This document shows positions 24,606-39,086 of a DNA stretch of 64,000 bases, piece after piece. A model generated the notes under the pieces. The model had not been told where the DNA came from, did not search any database, and was given only the letters and a program-made list of their open reading frames with translations. Position 1 is the stretch's first letter. Every line of letters begins with the position of its first letter. The translations under genes were made by a program, and so were the position numbers. The DNA comes from Octopus vulgaris (Eukaryota): the NCBI GenBank assembly GCA_951406725.2, contig OX597819.1, positions 31,000,001 to 31,064,000 on the forward strand. The letters run 5' to 3'.

Positions 24606-27600
24606 CTGTAGGATTGAGAAAAGTAAATATGTATGACGTAAGAGGAATAAGAAGTCACAACTTCAGTATATATTATATGCCAAATTTACTGATATTTGTG
24701 GGCCACCCTCTGTGTGTTTGAGTGGAACTTCAATCAAATTTCTATCTATCATCAACTTAAACAACTTTCTGACCTTTAAAGTTTTTTCTTGCTTTTGAAA
24801 TTCCAGAATGGCATGTGTATGTAAATATATATATATAAAAAGAGAGATAGAGAGATTAAGGAGATAATGTAATCATGGCTATCACCTCAGAGTTGTTGGT
24901 TACAGGTTTCCAACCAATCAATCACTAATCCACTGCCTTTCTGTCACTTCCTGTCAACAAACTACTTAGTAGCTCTGTACTTTTCACAGATTAACTGAAT
25001 AAAAAGTCTTTTCTACTCTAGGCACAAGGCCCGAAATTTTGGGAGATGGGACCAGTTGATTAAATCAACCTCAGTATGCAACTGGTACTTAATTTATCAA
25101 CCCCAAAAGGATGAAAGGCAAAGTCAACCTCAGCAGAATTTGAACTCAGAATGTAAAGACAGACGAAACACCACTAAGCATTTTGCTTGGCATGCTAACG
25201 TTTCTGCCAGCTCGCTGCCTTGAACCGTATAAAATGTCTATCATACCAATTGATAAGGTATCCAGCTGTAAAATAATATTCTAACAATATGTATTCATCT
25301 AACCCATGCTAGCATAGAAAAAGATGTAAAACAAATAAATGAATAAATATGAATGTATGTGTGTATAATAAATAGCAAAATAAGAATACAAGTTTCTAAA
25401 ATTTAATTTTTTTTTTTTCATTGCATTATCATGACCCTTTATAGGATCTCCACAAATGATGGAAAGAAGGGAGAAAGTTCTTGTTAGCTTCAGACTAGAA
25501 ATTGGATCAAAATGAACTCTGTTGAAACAATCCAAGGTCTAAACGGGTTAAAACAGGCAACTGATTAATTCTGTACAGCCTAAGATCAAGAGAATGAGCT
25601 CTGCTAAAGATAAATCTGAAGATCAAATGTCTATGTTAAACTGGGCGTCAGATTAATTCTACTCCGCTCAACATCCCCATAAGCATATTTACAAACCCAC
25701 ATCATCATCATCATCATCATAGTCTTTTTTTAATGTGCACTTTTCTATGCTTGCATGGGTTGGACAGAATTTTGTTGAGATTGATTTTCTGCAGTCGGAT
25801 GCCCTTCCTGTCACCAACCCTCACATGTTTCCAAGTAAGATATTTCCCCTTCACCAAAATATCACAGAATATTGAAAATGAAGGACACCACTTGCATTCA
25901 GTGACACTTGTTTACAACTATCAAGCAATGTCAAGTCAAAGAGACAGTAACAAACACACGGTGCTCCAGCATGGCCACAGTCAAATGCCTGAAACAAGTA
26001 AAAGAATATATATACATATATACATGGCAGGCTTCTTTCAGTTTCTATCTACCAAATCCACTCACAAGGTTTTGGTCAGCCCTGAGCTTGAGTAGAAAAC
26101 ATTTACTCAAGGTACCACACAGTGGGACTGAACCCAGAACCATGTGGTTGGGAAGTAAATTTCTTAACCACACAACCACACCTGCACTTAAACGTATTTA
26201 CAACACTTATGTTTTTTATTTATGCACCCTTTTCAAGCCTAGCTAGGCTCATGGGCCCGGTTTCCCGGTTTTTCTGTGGCATATGTGTTCCCCCCAGCTG
26301 GACGAAACACATGTCCATCGCAGCGTTGCTCAAGAAACAGGAAGAGAGAGTGAGAGAAAGTTGGGGCGAAAGAGTACAACAGGGGTCACCCACCCCCTGC
26401 CAGAGCCTTGTGGAGCTTTTAGGTGCTTTCGCTCAATAAACACACAACACCCAGTCTGGAAATCGAAACTGCGATCCTCCGACCACAAGTCCACTGCCCT
26501 AACCACTGGGCCATTGCGCCTCCATATTTACAAACCTACATGCACACATTTACAAAAACATCAACATATACATATATTTACAAAAATACAGGCATAGACA
26601 TAAACACATTTACAAAAATCCCATAAACGCTTACATTTACAAAAGCAAATACTTTCATAAACACTCACGCCCATTTACAAAGATAATCATACATCAGTGT
26701 ATCCTTCTATTGACTAAACAATCATTGTTGTAGCTTTCAAATGATGCCACCTCGCTGGCTAGGTGGGCAGGACAACAGTCCCCCTGAACAGAATGACAGT
26801 CTGTCACAGGATTACTCATTTCAATTAAGGTAAAGTTACATTCTTGAGTGATACCGACTCATTAGGGCTGGTTTCCTGGTTTCCATGGTGTATCTATTCC
26901 CCCACCTGGATGAGATGCTGGTCCATCAGAGGATTACTCATTTTTGCCAGCTGAATGGACTGAAGCAACATGAAGCAACATGAAATGAAGTGTTTTGCTC
27001 AAGAACACAACACGTCGCCCAGTCCAGGAACTGAAATCACTAGCTAACAATCATGAGTCCAACATCCTAACCACTAAGCCATACACCTCCACTAAAAAGT
27101 AAAGTTTCCTTCTTGAGCCATACTGACCCATAGGGGCCAGTTACCCAGTTTCCATGGCATATATAGTCCCCACCTGGATGGGATGCTGGTTCGTTAAAGG
27201 ATTACTCATTTTTGCCAGCTGAGTGGACTGGAGCAATGGGAAAAATGAAGTGTTTTGCTCAAGAACACACATCCAGTCTGGGAATTGAAACCACGATCTT
27301 GCAATCATGAGTGCAACACCCTAACCTCTTGTCCACACACCTTGATAACACACACACTTACACATTTAAAAAAAAAAAAAGCACATTTACAAACAACTAC
27401 ACACGCATATATAAACACCACTTCCATCATCTCCATCTTTATCACAGTCCAGTCATCCAAGCCCAGTCCCAGAGGCTGGTTTGAACCCATAAACAGAATG
27501 AAAAGAACTGAAGAAGTTATGTAAAGGGATATAACAGGAGGAACAAAATTTAGTCAACTGAATTAATTTTAGTATTTGACTGGTACTTTTTCTTATCAGT

Positions 27601-28995
27601 CCTGAAAGACAAAAGATAAAATTTATCTCAACAGGATTTGAGCTTAAAGCATAAAGGGTTGAAAATACTGCAAAATATATTTGTATTACCTCAGAAATAG
27701 AATCCCATTATCTACAACCACTGCCCCACCAAGACCATCACTACCATTACAGCTATGACAACCATCTTCACCATAACCATGATCACTATCATCACCATAA
27801 TAATGAACAACACCAACATGATCCTCATAGCTCTAACTACCACCAATACCATATTTCTTTATTGTCCACAAGGGGTTAAACATAGAGGGGACAAATAGAT
27901 TAAGTTGATTATATTGACTCCAGTGCATAACTGGCATTTATTTAATCGACCCCGAAAGGATGAACGGTAAAGTCGACCTCAGCGGAATTTGAACTCAGAA
28001 TGTAACGGCAGATGAAATACCTATTTCTTTACTACCCACAAGGGGCTAAACACAGAGAGGACAAGCAAGGACAGACAAACAGATTAAGTCGATTATATTG
28101 ACCCCAGTGCGTAACTGGTACTTATTTAATCGACCCCAAAAGGATGAAAGGCAAAGTCGACCTTGGCAGAATTTGAACTCAGAACGTAACGGCGGATGAA
28201 ATACCGCTAAGCATTTCGCCCAGTGTACTGTTTCTGCCATCTCGCTGCCTTATACCACCAATACCATAAACTACAATCACCATTGCTAAATGCAGCTACC
28301 ACCACCATCAGCACAAACACCTACACCACAACGACAACCATCACCACCACCACTGCAAACCATAAATATCACCACCACCACCAATACCACCATCATGGCA
28401 AACAACAACTACAAGCTTTCTTCTAGACAATATTCGAATTATTTTTATTGACTTCACAGCAGTTATGTAGTAAATTACTACTAGTTAAGATGTTACTAAC
28501 AATAAGTTAGAAATTAATAATTAGTCAATTTTTAAGTAGCAAGTCAGTTGCAGTCAGTTAATTTGTCCAAGCAAAACAGCAAAGAAAACAGTGACAACAT
28601 AGAGAGGTAACAAACAGTCATTCCGAGTTGGTAGGAATCTTAATTAATGTGTATTAAACACAACAAAGTAATAATTAGTGTAAAATTCATTTGTCAGAAA
28701 CTATTCTGGATAATCGTTGCTTTGTCACACTTTGTTGCAGGTTTTTTGTTTTGCTTTGTTTTTTGGTTTTTCTTTTTTTGCTTTTGTTTTTCTAGAATTA
28801 TCTCCATGAACCATGATAAACTGTAATAGACTTAAATTTTTATGCTTTTGACTGAAAGACTCTCCGAGTACTAAAATGAAACCAAGTCTCACCCGAGAAA
28901 CAGGATTTCACTGACATATTTTTTTCTACTTTTAGTATATCACTAAGACATAACAAAAGCATTAATGTGTTAAAAGCTGCCATGTTATAAATATA

Positions 28996-29260
28996 CATTA
29001 ATCCCTTGACTACCGCAGTTGTTACATTCCACATGTGATAGGTGAAAATCCACGATGTAGAAACAGTACTGTACTGTATATTAATTATTATTATAGGTGC
29101 AGGAGTGGCTGTGTGGTAAGTAGCTTGCTTACCAACCACATGGTTCCGGGTTCAGTCCCACTGTGTGTCATCCTGGGCAAGTGTCTTCTACTATAGTCTC
29201 GGGCTGACCAAAGCCTTGTGAGTGGATTTGGTAGACGGAAACTGAAAGAAGCCCGTCGTG

Positions 29261-29297
<37 letters not shown>

Positions 29298-29621
29298 ATG
29301 TTTGTGTGTCTGTGTTTGTCCCCCTAGCATTGCTTGACAACCGATGCTAGTGTGTTTACGTCGCCGTCACTTAGTGGTTCGGCAAAAGAGATCAATAGAA
29401 TAAGTACTGGGCTTACAAAAGAATAAGTCCTGGGGTCGAGTTGCTCGATTAAAGGCGGTGCTCCAGCATGGCCACAGTCAAATGACTGAAACAAGTAAAA
29501 GAATAAAAGAATATGTATATATTTATTTTACTATAAATGCGAAACAACACCATGGAGGAATCAATGAAAGCTTAAATATTAAGCCGCGATAGGTAAACCG
29601 TGATATGGCGAGGGATTACTG
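28996..29621. mobile_element. Tigger-like MITE containing a CORE-like SINE (~29096-29512)
   Basis: Left end TA|CATTAATCCCTTG matches the right-end reverse complement CAGTAATCCCTCG; a full SINE lies inside. Confidence 0.65.
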
Positions 29622-29761
29622 CATACTGCAAAGAGAAATAAATTGAAATTATACAAACTTATAACCTCAATTATAATGCAGTTACCTTAGACACATATAC
29701 ACACAAAACATGTTCTCTTTATCATTGAAACCAGCCATATCCAGCCCAAATATTCTGTTAT

Positions 29762-30222
29762 ATTTCATCTGCCGTTACGTTCTGAGTTCAAATTCCACTG
29801 AGGTCGACTTTGCCTTTCATCCTTTCGGGGTCGATTAAATAAGTACAAATTATGCACTGGGATCGATGTAATGGACTTAATCCCTTTGTTTGTCCCCTCT
29901 GTGTTTAGTCTCCTGTGGTCAATAAAGAAATGTATATTTCCGCCGAGGTCGACTTTGCCTTTCATCCTTTCAGGGTCGATTAAATAAGTACCAGTTATGC
30001 ACTGGGGTTGATGTAATCGACTTAATCCCTTTGTTTGTCCCCTCTGTGTTTAGCCCCCTGTGGGCAATAAAGAAATGTATATTTCCACCGAGGTCGACTT
30101 TGCCTTTCATTCTTTCGGGGTCGATTAAATAAATACCAGTTATGCACTGGGGTTGATGTAATTGACTTAATCCCTTTGTTTGTCCCCTCTGTGTTTAGCC
30201 CCCTGTGGGCAATAAAGAAATG
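29762..30222 (+). repeat. Three tandem ~145-bp copies of the Meta-like SINE 3' half
   Basis: GAGGTCGACTTTGCCTTTCAT...CAATAAAGAAATG unit repeated three times head to tail inside a TTAA MITE. Confidence 0.9.
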
Positions 30223-30616
30223 TATATGTTCAAATGGGCCAGATCAGGCCTCTCACATCTACCTTACAATGTCATTCTAAAAATAAACAAATACATCATC
30301 AAAATCCCAAAGCTACAAGATACTGCATGATTAATTCAAAACAACGTCTATAAGCATTACAGTTGATAATAATTTGAACACTAAAGGGTTAAATCAAATC
30401 AAGTCTACCTTTAACAATGTCAAATGTTACAATGTATCACTTTATCACTAGACAATATAACCTCACTAGTAGTGATATGTACTGTATTTTAACGTGCATA
30501 AGGAACCCCCTAATTTGGGGGGCTTAAAATTTGGAAAAAAAGGTTTTGTAAGGGATTATAATACTATCCATGTATAAGAAACTCTCACTTTTTTAACCTG
30601 ATTTTTGACAAATATA

Positions 30617-31030
30617 GGCGCAGGAGTGGCTGTGTGGTAAGTAGCTTGCTAACCAACCACATGGTTCCGGGTTCAGTCCCACTGCGTGGCATCTTGGGCA
30701 AGTGTCTTCTGCTATAGCCCCGGGCCGACCAATGCCTTGTGAGTGGATTTGGTAGACGGAAACTGAAAGAAGCCTGTCGTATATATGTATATATATATAT
30801 GTATGTGTTTGTGTGTCTGTGTTTGTCCCTCTAGCATTGCTTGACAACCGATGCCGGTGTGTTTACGTCCCCGTCACTTAGCGTTTCGGTAAAATAGAAT
30901 AAGATAGAATAAGTACTGGGCTTACAAAGAATAAGTCCCGGGGTCGATTTGCGTGACTAAAGGCGGTGCTCCAGCATGGCCGCAGTCAAATGACTGAAAC
31001 AAGAAAAAGAGAAAAAGAGAAAGAGAGAAA
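30617..31030 (+). mobile_element. Full-length CORE-like SINE
   Basis: GGCGCAGGAGTGGCTGTGTGG head through GACTGAAACAAG and a purine-rich tail. Confidence 0.9.
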
Positions 31031-31275
31031 ATACACATTATACACATTAAAATACAGTAGTTCAAGACTGTATCAGCAAGTACTTCAAGACTGAATTGAT
31101 AAGTAGTTGTAGCAACCAAGTTATTTATTCATTTATTTATCTATTTAATAAGGCAATTGTTGAACAATGGTGCTGTTGGTTACACAGATATTCAAGAAGA
31201 TAATTACTAGTTTCATGAGATTTCTTACAGCAAAAGTGAGATTGGAGTGCCTATAACTTAGGGCAAAACAAATAT

Positions 31276-31670
31276 TCTTTTCTACTCTAGGCACAAGGCC
31301 TGAAATTTTGGGGGAGGAGACCAGTTGATTAGATCGACTCCAGTATGCAACTGGTACTTAATTTATCGACCCCGAAAGGATGAAAGGCCAAGTCGACCTC
31401 AGTGGAATTTGAGCTCAGAACACAAAGACAGATGCAATACCTATTTCTTTACTACCCACAAGGGGCTAAACACAGAGAGGACAAACAGGGACAAACGGAT
31501 TAAGTCGATTATATCGACCCCAGTGCGTAACTGGTACTTATTTAATCGATCCCGAAAGGATGAAAGGCAAAGTTGACCTTGGCGGAATTTGAACTCAGAA
31601 CGTAGCGGCAGATGCAATACTGCTAAGCATTTTGCCCAGCATGCTAACGTTTCTGCCAGCTCATTACCTT
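31276..31670 (-). mobile_element. Meta-like SINE with duplicated core (dimeric form)
   Basis: Two successive cores; the same dimer architecture occurs at ~27855-28250. Confidence 0.82.
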
Positions 31671-33170
31671 GTGCAGAACCAATACTGCAAGAAACTTTAC
31701 ACAAATGGTATTGATTTTTTTTTTCTGAAGGGAGGGAGGAGTGGGGGGGAAAGTTGATATTTTTCCATCTTTTGTAGATATACATTAGCAAGGTATATAC
31801 ATTCAACTATAAAAACAAAAGAAAATAAAAAATCTCCTGGAGTCAAAAAATTGACAAGGGTGCATCTACAGGGTTGCTCAACCTTCCAGAAATAGCAGTC
31901 AAATTTTCTTCAAATCTTAAAAAACAAAAAAGAGGAAGGACACACTGGCCGATGTTGCCTTAGTTACACAAAGACAAGGATGGTCGCAACCGGAATGCCT
32001 TTGATCATAGTTCGACTTGATCAGTATTGACCTGGCGCAAGAAATAAAAAATAAGATCAGAAAACTAATAAGAGGCCCTTCCACATGGTCATTTGAACTG
32101 CTAGAAACAGTAGCTAAATCCTCTTCAAATCTGAGAAAATGATGTAATGGTCATAGTTGTAATGTGTTTCATCATGAAACTGCTTAACAGACTTGGATTG
32201 AAACAACAACAACAACAACCAAGGTTTGACCCATGACCAGCTGGTACTTAAATTTGTCTAATATGATATTATCAATTTCTAAGTTTATTTTATTATTACA
32301 TTAGAAAGAAGTGAGTCAGACAAGATTTTTCAGAGATCTAGTACACACAACTGTCACACTATTTAGAAACCCCACTCTCCATCCGATTGATTTGTGTACA
32401 AACATTAAAAATTATATACATATTATATACAGATACATGGTTAAGTGACAATCAATATCTTTTACAGAGAAGTTTTACAAGTAATATACCCATCTTAGAT
32501 GAGTATAGAATTGCCATTCCCAGATGGCATGACAACAGCAAGATCACATGATAGATAGATTTTTTTGTTTTGTTTTGTTTTTGTTTTTTATTGACATGAT
32601 TAATTCTTTCCTCACCATACTTCTAATGAACTACAATGTCTGCATGCTTTAATGAATTTTCAGAATAAATTAAGAAGTTACTAAAATTTTAAAAATCAAA
32701 ATTTATATTTATTTCTAGATAAAGCTGATATTTAAGAGTTTAGTTAAAAAGTTCAGATATAAAATTCATGAAGAAAGATTTTAATTTACATTTGAGCATT
32801 TTATATTAAAGAACCAGGAGTGAAGGTCATAAATGAGTTGGTATAAAAAAAAGGGTACAGTGTTTTTGTTTTTGATATGGTGTTTTGGAACAGTAACAAA
32901 TGAGTTTGTAGAAAACTTTGTTAAGATGATTTTTCCAAGAATGAAGAAAGAATTTTGCTTTAGACACACTTCTTCCCAGAGAGAGAGAGAGAATATACCA
33001 TCTAGTCACAAGTAAGACAACTTCACAAAATACTGGAATCTTTCTCTTCTCATGACAAATTAATGAACCAAACTCTTGTATAAACCTTCCTAATTTTTGC
33101 CAATGCAAACCACTACCAGTTTGCCCTGATTCTTGGTTTAACCACTGTCATTTTGGAAGCTATTATTTAA

Positions 33171-33390
33171 CTCTTTCATAACTGTATTTATTTTGAGATG
33201 CTCTGTGTTTCTTTCAATTACTTTAAATACAATAAAGAAGTTAGTAAAATAACTTAGTTATCATTCAGCTAGTGTTAGGAACATAAATTGTGACTAAAAT
33301 TTAGTGGAAGATTTTAATTCGAAACTTATGAAAACGAGACATTTGTACACAGAGCCAGAGCCGGTTTCAGCAGGGTTGGTAATGAAGGGG
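33171..33390. mobile_element. TTAA MITE, inverted copy of the 2993-3213 family
   Basis: TTAA-flanked; colinear with the reverse complement of 2993-3213. Confidence 0.85.
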
Positions 33391-35639
33391 TTAAGCCCTT
33401 GTCAATTTTATAAATTTCTCAACAACTTATAAGTCATGAGATGATATCCACAGCAAGACTTTTATACATTGGTGGTAAAGATATCTTTTGATGTTATTTA
33501 CCTCCAGGTCCAAATCTAACCTTTTTGTTACCATATTCTTACTAAAATATACCACCTTTGTGTCAATCAATTTTCAAAATAATAAAGAATTTAGTAAAAC
33601 AACTCTTACTCTTAACTTGCATCTCCAAACATAAATTAACATGAAATATTACTAATAGGCTTTAATTTAGATCACTTTAAATTAGGAAGCTTGTATCATA
33701 GAACCAAAAGAGGTTGAAAGTGGATTGGTTAAAATAAAAATAAAAACTAATTAAGATTCCTAGGAATAGTATTATTTATTTCAATTAATACATTTAGAAT
33801 TATTAATTTAGATTATAATACTAATATAGAAGAGAGTTCTCCTAAAGATTTAGGAGTACATATAGGACTGTATCATCTATCATGTCCTTTCATTATTTGA
33901 GATTATATGAGGGGAGAAATTTTGTGGCTATTTTCTTGCAAATTGAGAAATTCCTACATTTGATAAATTCAGTTCCAGGTTGGCCAGAAAAGGGAAAAAA
34001 ATATGTTGAGATGTATATATTTGTGACAGAGGCAGTATTAATACTAAGTACTATTTATTCCCACTTAAACGTGGATGTTTTATTTACCTCTCTGCTTCTG
34101 TTGCTAATATATATTTTTCAACCAGCTCACTAGCTAATCGCAACATCAATACCTGTTTGGCACTGATTTTCTGTATATTGCTGGCAGAGTGGTGAGTCAT
34201 TGCAATTTCCAGCAGTCAAATGTCCATCAGCAATGAGATCAAGGAAAGTTGAAATCACATGATCTGGTGGTCTCGGCACTGAATTTGATGGGGATTTATC
34301 TCTCCACTAGCGATGTAAACAAGCATGTGCACTTTACACCAAAAGCCAATATGAGAGTTTCTCTCATGGTATCTACTGCAGTAAAGTTTGTTCTAACAGA
34401 GCAACCACATTTAAGTGGGAATAAATATGTTATTAATACCATATTTCTACTGAAATAGACTGCCCTTCTTTCTATTAATTTCGAAAATATTGGAGAATTT
34501 AATAAAAGTACTTAGTCATAATTAAGGTAATTTTTGGAACATATATTTGACATTTTGGCACAAGGCAAGCAATTTTAGGGGAGGGGTAAAGTCAATTATG
34601 CCAACCCAGTACTCAAATGGTACTTATTTTATTGATCCCGAAAGGATGAAAGGCAAAGTCAACTTAATTAGAAATGTGAACTCAGAGTGAAGGGATGGGC
34701 AAATGCCACTGAGCATTTTGCCCAGTGTAGTAACGATTCTGCCAGCTTGCTGCCTTATTTGGAACATATATTCACATGGAATTTTGATGGAAAGTTTTAA
34801 TCTAGATCACTTTAAAACAGGATGTTAGTATCATAGAACGAAAGAAAATCTCAGGCAGATTGATATCAAAAAGATTAATGGTTTCTAATTTAGGTACACC
34901 TAATTTAGGTAGTAGGTGCAGGAGTGGCAGTGTGGTAAGTAGCTTGCTTAACAACCAGTGGGTCCAGTCCCACTGCATGGCACCTTGGGCAAGTGTCTTC
35001 TACTATAACATCAGGCCAACCAAAGCCTTGTGAGTGGATTTGGTAGACGGAAAATGAAAGAAGCCCGTTGTATATATGTATATATGTGTGTGTGTATGTT
35101 CCCCCCAACATCGCTTGACGGGGGTGGGGGGAGCAGTAAGCCCCCAGCAAGTAATTTATTGAATTTGGCTGTTGTGATGCAGCAAAGGGTTGTAGCTTCG
35201 ATAGTTGGTAGTCTCATAAAATGAATTTCGATTCAGTTGTTATTCATTTACTACAGATGAAGATACAGTGAGGCATATTTACTTCCATTTCAATTCAGCA
35301 AGACGACCCTCTCGGGGACAATGATCCTAAATCATTAACCCATAAAAGTTCAAACTGTCACAATAAAACAGCATCAGAACCTCAGGAGTTTATTATGGTT
35401 ATTGCCTGCCATAAGATAAAGTATGGCATATTCATTATCACTTGAATTCTGCAAGGGAACCCCCTAATGACCGCTTTTAAAGTTCATATTATAGTCACAG
35501 TAAAGCATTTTAACTTCTGGAAATAACAGTCAATTTAAACGAAAGATGGCATATCAGTTACTCAAGTCCTACACATGGAGTAACGAATTTTGAAATCCCC
35601 CTGACTAAACTTTAGTTTGCTTGTTCAACTTTAGGATGA

Positions 35640-36581
35640 TTGAATTTAATTTTGCACCCAGTTGTCTCCATGTAATTTCACCACAAGTGTGGAATGGAGA
35701 GTTAATTTTTTTTTCCTTGAACTTTGGTGTCCTTTCACACTCCTAAGAAAGCACAATTTAACCCAGGTGTAAATTTTAATGCCTACTGTATGTGGATTGT
35801 TAATTACCCTACAGAATTTCTTAACTCTCTTACTCACTCCTGAATTGCCACCACAATTATTGCTCTTCAGGAATTTGGAATGAGTCTGGTCATACAAAAG
35901 GTGATGCCTCATTATTGAGGCAACAATACTTACAGGATGTGATAAGGGGGGGATATTGTCTTCATACCAAGTATACCTCTCATTCCATCCTGTAAAGACA
36001 TTCCTTTCACATTCAGAGGGCTGCAATTCCCTCTCCGGCTCAGTTTCGCCATGTCGATTAACAAATCACAGGGTCAGGTGCTGACAGTTGTAAGGTTTAA
36101 TTTAGAAGAACCGTGCTTCTCCCATGGTCAACTATATGTTGGCAGTTCTTGAGTTTAAGAGTGAACAATTCAAGCCCTCTTCAGGGCCAAGTTTAAATTG
36201 TTACCATCGGATTCATCTTTGCTGGTAGCACCGCCACTGAGATAATTCAAAATGAACATTAAAAGGTTCTCTTCAGGGCCACCAACTACAAATTGTTATC
36301 ACTGGATTCGTCTTTACTGGCAGCACTGCTGCTGAGACTTTTAAGAGTTAATGATCCAAGGCTCTCTTCAGGGCCAGCAAGATTAAATTGTTACCATCAG
36401 ATTCATCTTTGTTGATGGCACCACTGCAGAGATATTTGACAGTGAATATTCAAAGGCCCTCTTTAGAGCCAACACCTGTAAATTGTTACTTCTATAGTCG
36501 TGTTTGACGAAAGTCTTTTGATTCATTTGAATAACTACTCCATTGCGAGTTATACCAGGCAATGCCAGGTACCTCTGCTAA
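35640..36581 (+). mobile_element. Helitron remnant: PIF1-like helicase C-terminus, tandem array and 3' end
   Basis: YPTEFLNSL..IIEATILTGC..VFIPSIPLIP..FRGLQFPLRLSFAMSINKSQGQ..EEPCFSHGQLYV; ends with decayed hairpin CCAGGCAATGCCAGG and CTAA|T at 36578-36582. Confidence 0.85.
36155..36490 (+). repeat. About 3.5 diverged tandem units of ~95 bp in the Helitron 3' region
   Basis: CTCTTCAGGGCCA..AAATTGTTA..GATTC.TCTTT..GCAC..CTGAGA recurs at ~95-bp spacing. Confidence 0.8.
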
Positions 36582-36784
36582 TTTTGGTCTTTAAAAATAC
36601 GATTTGCATGCCAGAAAATATGATAATCGATTTCTGAAGATGGTTTGATAAATCTTGTCAGACTGACAGCTTATTTTTTCTGTCCACAGAGAATCAAAAT
36701 TGTGGATTAAACGTTTTCCACATGATGTTAATGATGTTGATGCTTTGTCTATCAATAACACCCATGTATCTATATTATATATAT

Positions 36785-37066
36785 ATTGATCAAAATAAAA
36801 TAAAAACATGATGCGAAGGATTCAGCGGTACATATGTTTCGGGCCTTTATTAGACAGATTTATAACAATGCATAATGTATGTCTGTGGCCTTCTTGCCGC
36901 GCACAACAGCTAAGGACATAACAGCGCACAACAGTTCCTTGCGGAAGCTGTTGTGCGCTGAAGAAGGCCACAGACATACATTATGCATATAAATCTGTCT
37001 ATAAAGGCCCGAAACATATGTACCGCTGAATCCTTCGCATCATGTTTTTATTTTATTTTGATCAAT
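36785..37066. repeat. Fold-back element with ~120-bp inverted arms (Penelope pseudo-LTR-like)
   Basis: Arm 36785-36911 is the reverse complement of 36946-37066 apart from small indels; flanked by TA-rich sequence. Confidence 0.85.
36953..37028 (+). ncRNA. Hammerhead-like motif with canonical core
   Basis: CTGAAGA at 36958-36964; stem II GGCC/GGCC enclosing ACAGA/TCTGT; GAAAC-ATAT-GT-A stem III with GUA site; stem I GCG/CGC offset by one nucleotide. Confidence 0.55.
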
Positions 37067-37132
37067 TTATCCACCACCTACACCACCAAACGGTATACAC
37101 AGGTGCTTATAATTATCAAGTACTCACCCCGA

Positions 37133-37482
<350 letters not shown>

Positions 37483-37574
37483 TATCTTTTACTTGTTTCA
37501 GTCATTGTACTTGTGGCCATGCTGAGGCACTGCCTTGAAATATATACATATTTAAATATATATAAATAAAACAA

Positions 37575-37860
37575 ATTTGGAAAGTATGAGAAGAAATGAA
37601 GCAGCAGATAATTATCTGTACCTAGAGGCTAAGAAGAAAGCTAAACATAGGTTCACCGAACTAGAAAACAGCCAAACAATACATTTGTCACTAAGACAGA
37701 ATGTTTCAAATTGCAATAAAATGTGTCAGCACTAATCAGCTTGTCATTGGCATGAAGTGTGTCTGGAATGTCAAAGACACACCTGTTACCGAAATGATAA
37801 CAAGAAAGAAATATGGAAATTTTACAATGACACTGAAATGCTGAAGGGTGTCCAGCTGGA
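37575..37860 (+). pseudogene. Highly decayed RTE-type LINE linker fragment
   Basis: YLEAKKKAKH, FQIAIKCVSTNQLVIGMKCVWN and KKEIWKFY parallel the fragment at 9730-10467. Confidence 0.6.
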
Positions 37861-38023
37861 ATAAGAGAACCAGGGAGTGGAACAATTAGAGATAGTTAAA
37901 GCTATCTGAGTTGATAGGAGAAAGTAACCATTAGGTTGCCTGTTGTTACCATATCTCTCTTGAAATACACCTGTATTTCAATTAATTTTGAATATAGTGA
38001 AGTCTGTAGTAAAATAACTTTTG

Positions 38024-38429
38024 GGATCTTTTCGGTTTCAACGGCAATTTTTTCTAGTGGTGTCATATGAAATTGTCACCCATAATTATGACCCTAGTAT
38101 CGATCTATTGCATTTCAATCTGTTTTAGGGTTAGGGGTGGGGGGAAGGGTATCTTTTTTTCTTCACAAATGTAAATAAACCCAACCTGTTTCTTAAACAA
38201 GTTGACATATTCATACGGCACAGAATGTTTTTTTTACCTCAATAGCCATCAGTGATTGGTTGAAATTGAAGAAAAAACAACAACAAATATCTTACAAACT
38301 ATAGAATTTTCTCAATAAAGCCAAAAGAAAAAGATGTTTTATAAACTCATTCTACCAGTATACGAAGTTTAAAATTTTTTAGTTACCTAGAAATTATGTT
38401 AAAAACTGCCATTCAAACCGAAAAGATCC
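38024..38429. mobile_element. GG-ended MITE with 8-bp TSD (copy 3, opposite orientation)
   Basis: Perfect TSD AACTTTTG; TIR GGATCTTTTCGGTTT; internal TTAGGGTTAGGGG; nested in a decayed TTAA MITE. Confidence 0.92.
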
Positions 38430-39086
38430 AACTTTTGTCTTTATTAAACCAATGTTTGGAAGATAAATTAACATACAATTTTAATGGAAAATTTAAATTT
38501 TGATCACGTTAAGCAGGAAGTTTGTACCACAAACCTAGGGACAGTCTTAAGTGAACTGGTATCAAAACAGTTAAAATGATGTTGAAATGATTTGTTAATT
38601 AACAATACAATATAAATTGTCAACCGTTACAAAAGTAATGAAGTAAAGAAGGCAAAGTACAAGTTTAACTAATGGTTAAGGTTTTGAAGGAAGTTGACAA
38701 AGTTATAACAGAGACGCATCGAGTTGAGAGGGATGTGGTGTTGCTTGGATTTGAACCAGAACCCAAAACAACATATATTTCATTCAAGTAAGAGAGAAAT
38801 CCACAAGACATGAAAATGATACGGAGTCCAATTGCCAAAAAGAAATGACAGTTTATATCATGAACCAGCTTAATTTTTTTAAAGTCAAATTATCATTTGT
38901 TGGAATGACATTAGAAAAGTTGTAAATATGGTTAGTGTGTGTGTATATAGGCAGCTAAATGAATCGGTGTCAGGAAGGACATCCAGGCATAAAATACTGC
39001 CTCAAAATGTTCTGTCCTGTGCTGTAATAGAAAATCTTTGCACTGAGGATTAGAGACATGTAAATAATAAAGGAAAAATTTCATAA

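Noticed and set aside
32998-33125. Minus-strand exon in the 93-aa ORF
   Set aside because: No pyrimidine tract at the acceptor and a weak GTATAT donor.
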